Part shown: positions 27,375 to 45,100 of the stretch, in pieces
How the letters are laid out: each line of letters opens with the position of its first letter
Numbering within the stretch: the stretch's first letter is position 1
Source of the DNA: Gracilinanus agilis
Lineage: Eukaryota
Direction: 5' to 3'
Length of the DNA stretch: 64,000 bases
Assembly: GCF_016433145.1 (NCBI RefSeq)
Contig: NC_058131.1
Span: 278,001,703-278,065,702, forward strand
The notes under the pieces: generated by a model
What the model saw: the letters and a program-made list of their open reading frames with translations, nothing else
Databases searched by the model: none
Told to the model about the DNA's origin: nothing
Made by a program: the position numbers and the translations under genes

Positions 27375-30300
27375 ATGACCTCGGAAATGGTTAGAGTCGC
27401 TGTAATGGCTGCCAGAGTGATGTTAATTAGAGTGGCTGGTGTGAAGAGGCTTCTACAGCGGCGCGTTCCCGAGGCCCCGGTGAGGGCGGGACCGAGGCCA
27501 AGTTCGAGCTGGGGAGGACGAGCAGAACTAAGAGAAAGGGGAGAGGAGGAGCCCAGCGCGCTTTGGGAGAGGGAGGGCGGGGGCTTGTACCGGGATAGTG
27601 GCAGAGGCATCCAGGGTGGCCGTGGGAAATAATGAGCATTATGGAAAAAAGGTGCCTCTCCGCACATTGACCCCAATCTGATACTTAGTATGCGATAGTC
27701 AGCACCCGTAGCTTCCCCAACAACAGAGGTGTATTCCTCTGAATTTCATTTCTAGAGTCTGTTCTTTGACGTTGTCGTAGCTTTTGTTGTTCTGGATCTG
27801 CGAACGGAGCTGATCTTTTTATGACCCCTTTTGTCCCCTTTCCCCGCAGGACCTGATTAGCCCTTTCCGAAGTAGCTTCTTTGGTGCTTCTCCCCTGGGC
27901 CGATGGCTCCCAGGTGAGGAGGGAATTTGGTGCAGGGGAAAGTTTTCTCTTGGTAACCAGGAAAGCTGAGTTTCACCTCCGACTTGCCTTTATTAGTATT
28001 GCTGCCTTGGAGCTGTCACTTCCTCTCTTTGGAATTCAGTTTACTCATCTTTAAGATAAAGAGTTGGACCATGGGAGAGAGCTGAAGTTCCCTCCTGCAC
28101 CAAAATATTTTGACTCGACTTGGTTATGCTTTTTCCTTTCGTTGATCTTCAGTTTTGTACAACATGTATACTTATAAATTGCTGGTCAAATGCAGGGCAT
28201 TGTGCTAGGAAGTTGGGAATGCTTATGTTAATCTAAGGGGGTATTAGTGTTATCGTTGGTTTGCAATTAATTGTTTTTTAAAAAATCATACTTTTGAATT
28301 ATACTCCCTAAAAACCTAAAGGTATGTTCACATTCCCTGTCAATAATAATGTAAGCAGCAGTATACTTAGCATTTATTCTCTTTAAGTCTCAACTGTAAT
28401 ACAGGCTGTATGATCCTGTACAGGTCATTCAAGGCCTAAGTCACTGGAATAAAACTCAAATAGAAATAATCCTTGCAGGTCACATTATCAATATGGAAAA
28501 CCACAAAATAATGTTATTTTATCTTTTGCTTTTCTTCTAAATATTACCCACTTAAAGTTTGTTTCTGGCTGCATGAACATGCAAGCACATGCATGAGTTT
28601 GACACCTCTGGCTCTTCGAGACCATATATATTGAACAGTGCATATCAATGTTAGTAGAGGAACTTTCCTCTTTGGGGAGCTCTTTCCATGAATGAAATCT
28701 CAAGTCTAGCCATTATATACTTTCACAAGGGAGAGAATTTCCATCTCTTATGGATGGAAGAAGTGAGCTATGGAAAAATTATGTTCTGTATCTTTCATTC
28801 TTTCTAAGTAGGGATGAGTCAAGATTAGACCTCAGGCTTCCTTATGTTCAGCTTTCCTCTATTTTGCCCTTTCAGAAGTAGCTGAGTTATAGCTTATTTC
28901 CTAAATATTACAGACTCCCAAGTTGGGAAGAAGTTGAAGGTAGGGATGGTGGAAAGACTAGGTAATATAACATGACAGAAATTTAATTTGCTATAATCTG
29001 TTGATTTCTTTCAGAATCTGCATGGAATTCAAGCAGATGTAGCATCTCTACAGCAGCAACTACTGCTAAATCAGAGGAAGATGTGTTTTATAAGTGGTTC
29101 CTGCTCCTCATTCCTGTGACTGCCTTTGGTCTGGGAACATGGCAGGTAATGATCAACATAGCTTTCTTTAAAGTACTGAAGCTCTTGGCTCCACTGCTTT
29201 TGGCTCATACAGGTGTGTACACGGATTACTCATGTAGGTCCAGCGTAGAAAATGGAAGCTGAAGCTAATTGCAGAGCTGGAATCAAGAATTAAAGCTGAG
29301 CCTATTCCTCTGCCTGCAGAGTGAGTAATCAATCACCATCTCCTCCTACTCCTGGATCCTGGTTAGGCCTGCCCAGTGACTTCTATTCCTGAAGGATTGT
29401 GGCTGTGCTGAACCACAGAATTTCAGAACAAGGTTCAGTTACCTAGCTAACCATTTTATAATTAAAATATCAGCCCCAGAGGGATAAAGTAATTTGGCCA
29501 AAGTCACACAGGCAAGTTAATAGCACAGCTCAAGTCCCATCATTAGTTCTTCTGTGCTTCAGTGTTCACTGAGGTTATTAGATGGCTTAATGTTAACAAG
29601 TCACTTTTGTGTAAGAGGACCATTTATTCCTTTCTTTCCTTTCCTGAGCTTATAAGAATGAAGAATCTTCATATAAGGGGGAATGATGTCTAAAGCAATT
29701 CCTTGGAGGGCAGATTTGCCCTTAAGCCCCTCTTTATAAGCATTTTATTGCCTTCCCTGCAGACTGATGGAGCTGAAGGATTTGGAGTATAGGCCTGTGA
29801 AGGTCAGGGGGCATTTTGACCACTCCAAGGAACTCTATATCTTGCCCCGAACTATGGTGGACCCTGCACGAGAATCCTGGGATTCAGGCCAATTATCCTC
29901 CACAGTGGAAAGTGGTGCCAATGTTGTCACTCCTTTCCATTGTACTGATTTAGGGTGAGTTGAGCCAATTGGGTGCTGGCTCAAATTACAGCTGCACTTA
30001 TACTTAACATCTTCAGTCTGGTAATATTAACTCATGCATGAGCCTCCCATTTTAGGATCCCGTGATACATGGCCAGAAAGTTTATACTGATTTAACCTTG
30101 GTAGGCAGCATGCCTCTCTACCCTCTAGCACCATTATTCTGCTCTAAGCCTGAATGCAGTTTCCAAATGATCCTGACATATGTAATCCACTACTTGTAAT
30201 TCCACTCATCATTATTGAAGAACAGTTAGGAAAATAATTTCCAAAAATTACTTTGAGGCTGATTTTTCTCTAAGCTGTACTCTTATTTTTGGCTCACTTT

Positions 30301-31837
30301 TTGTTATGAAAGAAAATCAGGTAAAAAGGACTAGATGTAATTTTATACAAACACCTGTTGGAGGTACAAAGTGAAGGGAATTGCCTAAATTAGAAAGCAA
30401 TGACTGTAATCCAGGTATTTTCCAGTCAAAGCAGTCATTCTTAGATCATTTAAGCTCAGTGCTAGTATCCTGATTAGGAAAGGTAGGTGGCATATGGCAA
30501 ATGGGATACATAAGTATGACTAAAATTTATTTTATGTTCTGGAAAAAAAGCATTATTAAATGAGGACCTGAACTTCTGGATCTCATCATCATAATATAAA
30601 ACAGGATCACAGTGGAGCAGATATTTAGCTATTCACAGTCTTTCTTTTCCTCTTATAAAACTCTTAGGATTACAATCCTAGTGAATAGAGGATTTGTTCC
30701 CAGGAAAAGAATAAATCCAGACACTCGGCAAAAAGGCCAGGTAAGAAATATTAGTATGTCCTCACCAGATGAAGATTTATCTTAAAGCAGGCTGCTCACC
30801 TGTATATTTTAAACAAGGTTGAGAAAAGCATCCTTAATTAAGGAAATGATATAGACCTCACTGTATAGATATGGAAGAGGCAGCAGGTTTTTAAGCCTTA
30901 AATATTTATATATTCAATCTCTACTCTTCACTTTGAACTTGTCCTTTTTTTTAAAGTAAAGACATATATGAATGATAGCATTTTTTTAAATAGATTGAGG
31001 ATGAAATTGACCTCATTGGAATGGTGAGATTGACAGAAACTCGAAAACCCTTTGTCCCTGAAAACAAGCCAGAGAAGAACCGTTGGCATTACCGTGACCT
31101 GGAGGCGATGGCAAAAGCTGCAGGCGCTGAGCCCATATTCATTGATGCCAACTTCAGTATGTTGTGAATTGCTCTGAGAATTGGGGTAGATAGTAGTTTT
31201 TGGTTTTCATTCCACCTCTCACTTTTCCTCTTTGGACTTATCTTTCATTGCCTTCCCAAAGGGAGTTTGACATCACTAACAGATTACAATTCTCATGGGT
31301 GACAATTTGTGATAAGAGGGTTGAATGCTTCACTTTCCCAAATAACTAACAGGAAGCCTAGGAGAAAAGTCTCCGTAACTAGTTGCTTTTAGTAAAGAAT
31401 TTGCTTGTCGTTGGACTCACTTTTACCTTTCCATAAGATTAAATAGGGTCTGGGGCAGATTATCTAAGCTTTGGTCTTTGAGTTTGCTTCACCAGTTGAG
31501 GTCTTGCAGAAATACTGCTTGAATGACTAAAGATTTTATTTTTTACACTTAGGCAGTGGAAAAAATATCATGGCCATAAAGTATATAAACTTTTTTGATT
31601 ATTCTTATCCATAGAAAGCACAATCCCAGGAGGGCCCATTGGTGGCCAAACCCGAGTAACTTTGAGGAATGAACATATGCAGTACATCATTACTTGGTAA
31701 ACTGCCAGATCATTCACAGAATTTTAATGTTGTTCTCTGTAATTTCCAAAGACTAACTATTTACTTTCCTCACCAGGTATGGATTATCTGCAGCAACATC
31801 ATACATGTGGTTTAAGAAATTTGTTCGACTACCCTAG
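27375..31837 (+). CDS. SURF1: Surfeit locus protein 1 (cytochrome c oxidase assembly factor), 9 exons
   Basis: Exons 27375(or 27387/27405)-27479, 27850-27913, 29015-29145, 29238-29320, 29763-29954, 30668-30740, 30994-31156, 31615-31696, 31777-31837. They translate ...[25 protein letters not shown]...ILVNRGFVP...[38 protein letters not shown]. The start codon choice is uncertain. Confidence 0.97.
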
Positions 31838-31953
31838 TAGACAGACAGCAAATTAAGGGAGAATGTGGGCAAGTAGCCGTGGACAAAAGTGCTGAGATCA
31901 ATTTAAGTATATTGCTGCCCAGTTAATAGGATCTATCAGTTTTTAACTATTAA

Positions 31954-31959
31954 AATAAA
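31954..31959 (+). terminator. SURF1 polyadenylation signal
   Basis: AATAAA (within ATTAAAATAAAA) about 115 nt after the stop codon. Confidence 0.75.
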
Positions 31960-32397
31960 AGCACCCATCTCTAATGGAAGTTATACTTTTGTACCTCAGT
32001 TATCCAAGTTCCTTCCCAGATATCCCCCACCTCTTTACTAACATAAAACTTTAGGTCATCAATCAAGGGCCAGTTTGGATTCTCATACTCCTCCTGTATT
32101 TCCTAATCTAACCTATTCTCCACATAGTTTATGTTTTTTCTTAAGAGCAGGCCTGAGAGCAACTTATTCTCCCCACAACTCACCCACCTAAAGATCTTCA
32201 CAATCTAACTCTTCCTCTTCCCAGTACATGTAATCACTGCCTCTTCTTTAAAGTTCAGCCCATGGCCTACTCAGGCTTCTACATAGAATGCTTCATCTTG
32301 CCACCTAATTCACCTCTTCTCTCCACAGACCCAATTCATGTACAATCTTCTTTAAGAACCTTTTTTTCCCATTAGACTAAGCTCAGAACCCCAGGGA

Positions 32398-32472
32398 ATT
32401 GAGGATGAAATTGACCTCATTGGTATGGTGATAACAAACTCAAAAGCCCTTTGTCCCTGAAAACAAGTCCAG
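32398..32472 (+). pseudogene. Degenerate duplicate of the 5' part of SURF1 exon 7
   Basis: attgaggatgaaattgacctcattggtatggtg...aaaagccctttgtccctgaaaacaag closely matches 30994-31070, with a small deletion and substitutions. Confidence 0.9.
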
Positions 32473-32549
32473 TGCTTGGGACTAGTAATCTTATAGTAGC
32501 TTCAATTCTAGTATTTTATAATCACTCCCACTTCAATTTTGCTTAAATT

Positions 32550-32555
32550 TTTATT
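32550..32555 (-). terminator. RPL7A polyadenylation signal
   Basis: TTTATT on + (AATAAA on -) about 30 nt after the RPL7A stop codon. Confidence 0.8.
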
Positions 32556-32583
32556 TTTAAGTAGGGAAAAAAAATCACATAAT

Positions 32584-37312
<4,729 letters not shown>

Positions 37313-37327
37313 CTTGGCTGGCAGAAC

Positions 37328-37345
37328 GAGAAAGGAAGAGAAGAG
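37328..37345 (-). promoter_or_regulatory. RPL7A 5' terminal oligopyrimidine (TOP) tract / transcription start region
   Basis: CTCTTCTCTTCCTTTCTC on - just upstream of the ATG-only first exon, typical of ribosomal protein genes. Confidence 0.85.
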
Positions 37346-37520
37346 ACTTGTGGGTAATATGTATTATAGCTAAGCTCTCGCGAGGTTCAGCGCATGCGCG
37401 GGATTTACTACTGCCCCCTCCCTTCCTTGGAATTGTGGGAAGGGGGTGGTCCTAAAGGCCGGAGCGGAAACTTTCTTCTCCCCTCCCTCTCCTCGCATCT
37501 TTTTTAAAATAGCTCTTGCG
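37346..37520. promoter_or_regulatory. RPL7A/MED22 bidirectional CpG-island promoter
   Basis: TCTCGCGAG (37376-37384), NRF1-type GCGCATGCGC (37390-37399), GGAA ETS core near 37467; CpG-rich from about 36900 to 38050. Confidence 0.8.
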
Positions 37521-37589
37521 GTTTAGTCTCTGGCTAACCTAGCTGAGAGGGGCTAAGCGAGGCCAACCTCGGGTTTCCAGAGGACACAG
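37520..37589 (+). other. Probable non-coding exon 1 of MED22 (start approximate)
   Basis: Strong donor ACAG|GTAAGG at 37589/37590 within the CpG island, upstream of the acceptor at 39134/39135. Confidence 0.6.
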
Positions 37590-39143
37590 GTAAGGGCCCT
37601 GGATGGCCCCCGCGCGATCATTTTCGTTTTGTTTTTGCGGCGCTGCGACCTCCGGGGACTCGCCTAGACACAGCCAATTTCTCTACTTTTCCCCGCCCCA
37701 CAGTTTACCTGCCGCAGCTGTTGCCTTCTCGCGGTTCCTCCCGCTGGTAGCTTCTGCCTGGCCGGGGAGTCCTGTAGTAACCGGGGAAGTGTAAACTGCC
37801 CTGAGGGCAGGCGCCCATCTGTTTGGTTTTGTTTTCCCCTTCCATCTTTGTGTACCCGACGTCCGGAGAGGCGGCGTGTATTTGCCAGACGCTTAATTTC
37901 TAGTTGGAGTAGGCCCTTAGACTCTGGAAAGGAATCTGACCCCAGAGACCATCGAGGTCAGATCCTTGCTTTACAGAAAAAGAAGCGGAGGTGCGGATAA
38001 GGTCCCATCCACCGGCGCCCTTCAACCTCCGTGTCAGCACTGGTGACTGCAGGCCCAACACTCTTCCAGTTAGGAGAAATTGAAGGAAGTTCCCCCAACC
38101 CACCCCGTCTTCCTTCCTCCTCATTCACATTTCTGCAAGCCTTTAAGGTCTACCTACCACTTACTCTCTACAACTCTGAGAAGTTGGGGTGTCTTAACTA
38201 CTGTTCTTATCCACCCATTTTACAGATGTTGAAACTGAGGGGTGAGAGGGACAAACATTTTTTAAGCACTTACTGGCTGCAGATAGTAATAGTGATAAAA
38301 TATGATAATGCTAATAATAAAAAATACTAACATTATCTCATTTGATCTTTGAAACATCCTTGAAAGGTAGCTACTGTCACCCCATTTTATAGATAAGGAA
38401 ACAGGTTAAATGACTTGCCTAGCGTCACACAGCTAGTAAATATTCAAGGCCAAGTTTAAGCTTAGGACTTACCTTCACTCTAGGTCCTGGGGTCTTTACA
38501 CTGAACCACCTGTGTTTTATCCCCATTTTACAGATGAAGGAAGTAAGGCTCAGTTTCATCCTAAGTATCAGGGGCAAAATTCTCATAGAGGTTGCCAACA
38601 CCTATAGATTAGAATCACTGTCACAACAGTAAAGCCAGTGTTTTGATGGGATGACTACAAAGTGATAACTTCTGAATATCTATGCTCACTGGTCTTTTTG
38701 ACTACAAGTCCAATGCTCTTCCCATGATTCCATATTTCCTACCACTTCAGAACTATAGATAAGATTAGGAAAAGATCTTATTTAGAGTACACAGTATGTG
38801 TTTGAGGCTGGATTTGAACCCAGGAGTTACTGACCAAGTCCACACCTTTCACCACACCATGCTGCCTCTTCTAATGGTATATGGTTTGAAGCTAGATGAT
38901 GGTACAGTGGATAGAGTGCCAGATCTAGAGTCAAAAATGACTCATCTTCCTGAATTCAAATTTGGCCTTAGGCACTTGCTAGCTGTATGACCCTGGGCAC
39001 AACAAACTTTATAGTTTCTCTGTAAAATGAGCTAAAAAGGAAAATGGCAAATCAGTATCTTTGCCAAAAAATGGGCTCACGATGACTTGGACATGACCAA
39101 ATAATAACTAATCTCTTTACCCTTGCCTCCCTAGGATAATGCA

Positions 39144-42100
39144 ATGGCCCAACAAAGAGTCCTCCCCCAGAGCAAAGAGACCCTCCTTCAGTCCTACAAT
39201 AAGAGGCTGAAAGATGACATTAAGTCAATTATGGATAATTTCACTGAGATCATAAAGACAGCAAAGGTAAGTAGAGTTAAGAGAGCCAACTTTCCCCCCC
39301 CCCCCAATTTTAATTCATAGGAGGAGGCAGGGCAGAGGCTATCTATATCTTGTTTAAGTGTTTCAGGGGAAAAATCTTGGTCTAGAACCAAAGCCTGTAC
39401 CAGATTTTAAAGTATCTGTGCCTGTCTAGTGCATTGGGATTTGGAGCATTGAGTTGTTCTAGTCCTTTCCTTTCCTACTTTTTGTCTGAATAAGAACAGT
39501 TAGAAAGTAAGGATGTAAACTTGTTATGGTTGGAGAATGTGATGTTTTAGATTTGTAACTTTTGGGTTAAGAGATATTTAAAACATATGTTTTAGTTGGT
39601 TGTCCATTTTTAAAAGAATCAGAATATCATTAAGTAAATACTTAGTGTTAATAATAGAATGAACATAATTTGAGTCTTAAGATTGAGGATTTTCATATAT
39701 ATCAAAAGAATATTGAATCCCTGCCCAATTACTATCGACAGAGAGTAATTGAACCTCAGAACCAGTTGGTACTTCAGATATTGTCTAATCTAGCATTGGT
39801 CTAGCAGTATCTCTGACAAGAAATCATTATTCTGCCTTGACCATCCTTGAGAGAGTTTAATACTGCCCTTGGCAGCAACTTTCATTGTTGGAGAGTTATT
39901 AGGAAGTTTTTCCCTGCATTGAGCTGAAATCTGCCTCTTTGATTTCTACGTTTAGTTGCTGGTTTTGCTCTTTAGAAGCCACTGGGAAGAAATCTATTCT
40001 TTTCCCACATATTAGTTCTTTAGCTGTTGCAGCCTCCCTAAATCTCTTCTTTTGGATGAACATGGTTTTTTGTTTGTTTGTTTTTGTTTTGTCATTATTA
40101 TAGGGATAGAGACTGGACCTGTGATTGTATTGATATATGGAATTCCCAGAAGAGAAAAATACTTTTGTCAGTGTGTTATAATTAAAATAAATAAAGACTG
40201 AGATTAAAAGGAGAAGTAATATTTTAATCAAGGCCATGTTGGTAGAATAAAATCGACCACGCACCTGGCTAAGATCTATTCAGATTGCCGCCATTAGCCA
40301 TTACCTTCTCTCACCTCTCATACTTAAACCAAGAGGCAATCTCAAGCCCCACCTCCCAATTTAAGCTATGCTTTACCTTGGTACAGGGCATCACGTCAAA
40401 ACCGGAAACCCATTGAATCATGGAAAATGTAGTTTCCAAGTCCCCTAAACGTCCACAGGAAGTTTGTCATACATCCAAATATCTCAAAGCTCAAATGAAC
40501 CCCAAATACCACTCAATGGAACCCCCAAAATTCCAAATAACACAAGTGTGGGTTAGCACCTTCTCTGAAACTATAGTCTTAGAGAGATGCTGTGAAGAGT
40601 AGTGTCAAATTCAAATAGAAGAGACACTAAATCATGCATAAGGGTCCCTGTGGGTTGCATATTAATTTAGAAACCCATATTACTATTATCTTTGTTTTAT
40701 TGCCTTTCTGTGTAATCCATTTGCACTTTAATCTGGTTTGAGCCACACTCAGGAGTGCCTTTTCAGAACAATTTTTATTCAAACTGAGTTTCTCTACTCC
40801 ATTTCAGATATGCACAAAAAGAGTCTTATAATCATCATTGCTGTCATCATTATTATTAGAATAGCAACTTAGGAAATGAAATCTTACCTCCCTTCTCTTT
40901 CTGTGCTCCTCCCTTTTCCCTTTGGGGCCATACCATAGTCTTTTAGTCTCCCTGTGCTCAGCTCCTTCTTACTCCTCCTTACTGTGGGAAATGAGACTCA
41001 ATGTCCTCAGGTGGGGAGGGGAGGTAACATTAACCCAAAATTATGGGGTAGGGAGGAAGGTGGCATTGTCTTGGGGGCCATGAGTCTCCCTCTCTCTATA
41101 AGTGCCTCTTGTTTTCCCCCCACTTCTCCCTTTTCCCCTTCTTCCTCACACATGTGCTTCCTAGGCAATAGGGCCCAAACCAAATTGAAGTGGAATTTGT
41201 GGGGCCGAAGATGGGATTCAATAAATCTTTCTATAGCTGGAATGAGATAAAGGGAGGGATGGACCTGGAGGATGCACTAAAAACAATGTCGATTTTGTAT
41301 CTTAAAATAGGCATGGGGTATAGCTAGACCTTCTAGCAGTTGGCCTGAGGAATCAGAGTGAACAGATAAGAAGATGATCTGGTGGGGACTGTGTGGAGTG
41401 AAATTATGCCACAAGAGGTTTCTGGCAAACCAAGAGACATGGATTTATATTCTTGTTTCTCCTCTAGATTGAAGACGAAACTCAGGTCTCCCGGGCAACT
41501 CAGGGTGAGCAGGACAATTATGAGATGCATGTGAGAGCTGCCAATATTGTAAGTAAGCCTTGTTCTTCCTTCTCCCTCCTTCTATGCCTTGCTTTGAGGG
41601 GCAGACAGCAACAACTGACATATCCTATTTCAGTGATGGCCCTTTTAGAGATGGAGTACTGGGCCCTGCTACCCCCTTTTTACTCCACACAGAAGAGGGA
41701 GGAAGCACTCCATTAGACTTCTGGGTGGGTGAAGTGAATAAAACCCCCAGCAAGTGTAGCGAGGGAGAGGGGAGTGGTGGCTTGAGTGCTCTGCTCCCCT
41801 CTAGCTCTGCCTCCTGTGAGTTGCCCACCTCACCCTCTGTGTACTCCCATTGGGCTGCTAGGCAGAGGGGTGGAGGGGTATGAAAAAATGTGGGGGGTGG
41901 GGGTGGGAAGGGAGGGGCAGTCATGTACCCACAGAAAGTGCTCTGTGTGCCATCTTTGGCACTTGTGCTACAGGTTCACCATCATTGTCCTGTTTATTTC
42001 CTATGGGCCTTACCTAACCTTGGGTTCTGTTCTCTTTTTCATCACTCCCTACCCCCATCCAAAGGCTGAATTTGGGCCATTCTGGTCCTCAACCTTCCCA

Positions 42101-45100
42101 CTGTGTCCAAAGAAAATCCTTTTTGCTCCTTGTAATCAGTTCTGAAAAAGGCCAGTGAAAGATAGAAAGGAAACTGGATCTTGGTGCCAAGGAAGAAAAA
42201 AAAATCCCCAAATCTCATATCAGTCAATTAGATCTTTGTTGAGCACTTACCTTGTTCAGAGAGTTCTATGCTAGACACTGGAAGAGATAGAAAGATGAAT
42301 AAGACATAGCCCCCTGCCCTCAGAGCATCTAGTCTAGTCAGAGATAAAGGATTACCTATCTGTGAAAAGATAACCTCCAATACCAGTGTTTCCTATATCA
42401 TACAGAGAGTTAAGTTTTGCAGGAGTTCAGGGGAGAGACATATCTTTGGGGCTAGCACTATCAGGGCACTTTAAAAAAAAAAGCAAAATACAAAAAATTG
42501 GATTTAACAGGTCTATCCAGTCTCCTTGGTTTTGTAGATGATATGGTTTATATTTATTGACATTTGTTCAATTTGTCATAGAAAGAAAAATTTTAAAATA
42601 AAATAGGACATTAAATGGGCCAAGGGAGCTGGGAGGGACATGATAATATTGGGAAATGTGAGCTGAGGCACCTAGGTGAGGAAGCCAAAATGACAATGGT
42701 TCTAGTTGGAGCAAAAGATTCATTTTTTGGACCTTTGGGAGATGAGGTTGTAGAGGTAGATGTCTAGATTAGTTAGGGCATCAGGGATCATCAGACTAAA
42801 GAATAGCCATTATCCTATAGACAGAGAGGACTAGGAAAGCCTGTGAGAGATCTGATCAAAACAGCTTTTATTTCTCAGGACTTTTCTTGCTTCCCAGAAT
42901 CCCCACAAATGAAAACTGGCACTTATAAAGAGAGGGAGACTCATGGTCCCCAGGATGACAGTGCTACCTTTCTCCCTACCCAATAATTTTGAGTTAAACA
43001 CAAGTTATCCCTCTTTCCACCTGAGGACACGGAGCCAAATATGGCCAGTCTCTGGTACTGAGCCTCATCTCCCACAGAAAGAAGGGGCAAGAGGTGGTCG
43101 TTCTTCACTGTAAGGCATTCTTTCCTTGGGTAGCTAGTGTTAAAAACCTGTAATGCTTAGTTAGACCCTTTTTGTTCTGAAGTTTTGTGGTCAAAGATGG
43201 GCAAGATCAAGAAGGAGGGAGTGGGGTGGGGAATTTGTTCTGTGAAGTTGGGTTCAAGTAATTAAAGTTGTTATAGTTTAGAAGGTTAGCAACCAAGAAG
43301 GGATATCATTTCAGATTAAATTTATAAACTCCTGGAAGAACATTGCTTTTTTTTTTTCAGCAAGTTCTGGGTGTCAAAACTATCCTCCACTTTCCTCATG
43401 AAGGTTAAGGGGAACAGGTTTAGAACATAGCATAGAAAACATGTAGAATCCATCCTGGGTGCCTCAATATCCCTATCCAAGATAGACTGTAAGGAGGGAC
43501 ATGAGGGGCCAGACCAGTGATGGGCCAACTATTCCCCAGGGGCCAGATCCAGGCTGTAGTTTGCCCATCACTGCCTTAAGCAGTTCCTTACTCACTACAT
43601 CTGGATGTGGGGGTGTAGTGATTAGGGAATTGCTTAAGGCAGTATGGGCAAACTGTGGCATGGATCTGGCCCCCGGGGAATAGTTGGCCCATCACCGCAC
43701 TAGACACATCCATCTAAATAAATCTAAATAAATCTAAATCTAGCATTTATTAAGGACCTAGACACTGGGGATATAAAAATAAAAGTGAAAGCTTTTGTCC
43801 TGAAGTAATGTGTCCTCTAATAGGAGAACCTACAAGTATATGTGTGTGTTTGCATGCATGGATGTTCACATAACACGTGTGCATGTGTTATGGGTATATT
43901 GAAAACACAAAGTATATGCCAAGTAACCTTGGCAAGGAAGGATGCTACCAGTTGAGGGAAATTTAAAAAAGGCCTCATACAGAGGATAGTACTTAGTTTC
44001 CTCCTTCATGGAAACAATCCAGAAGCCAGTTCTCTGTCCATTCTTCAATTGATTCCTTTCCCAGTTTTTTAAAACCCATCTCCCATCTTACCCATTGACA
44101 TTTCCAAGGTCCGTGCTGGGGAATCTCTGATGAAGCTCGTGTCTGACCTCAAGCAATTTCTCATCCTCAATGACTTTCCCTCGGTGAATGAAGCCATTGA
44201 TCAGCGTAACCAGCAGCTTCGAAGCTTGCAGGATGAATGTGACAAGAAACTCATTTCTCTGCGGGATGAGATATCCATTGACTTATACGAGCTTGAGGAG
44301 GAATATTATTCGTCCAGGTACAAATAGGGCTCTGGACTTCAGAAGCTTGTGAAACTGCCTCCTCTTCTACATCCTCCTCTCCCAGAGAGCAGGCAGGATT
44401 GCTGGCCAAATCAGTGGCTTAGGAGGAGGCCTTTGGTCCCTCTTATAGCTGGACCTCCCAGGGTTACTGGCCTTCCTCACTTTTGGGTTTTTTTTTTTTC
44501 TCACCCTCATGGGATAATCTCTTACCCTTGGAGCTCTGTGAAGGCCAGTATGGATGGCAGTAGTTTCTTCATGGTCCCCTAAAAGAAAAACTCGCCTCTT
44601 CTTTGGTGACCCAGGTACTTTCTGTGGGGAAGTCAGTAATGCCAAAGTGAATGGAGACTGAGCTATGGGTGTGGGTACTCCTCTGCCCCAAAATAGCTGG
44701 ACTTAAAGATATCTAGACTCAAGCATTATACCCACTGTAGATGTGATTTATCTATTATTTTGTTTTGGTGATTTCCCACAGTAGATTCTTAAGAGTGTCA
44801 GAACCAGGAAGAACAGACCTTTAATCTCATTTAGTACAACTATTTATAGTTTGGAAAATTAAGGTCATCAAAGGAAAAGGTGACTTGACTAAGGCAAAAA
44901 AACTTGTCTCTTGAGGCCCACATTACACTAAGCTGCCTTTATAAATCAGCTTCCTGGAAAAGGTAGCCCCTGCTAATTCTATACTGTTTCAGTTGCTACT
45001 CTATTATGCATTTCTGTTGCTAGTTTTCTCTGATTACAGGCTGACTTCTCTCAGCCAACCAGCCTATGCTTGTTTCTCCCATAGAGGAGATAGATGCTTT

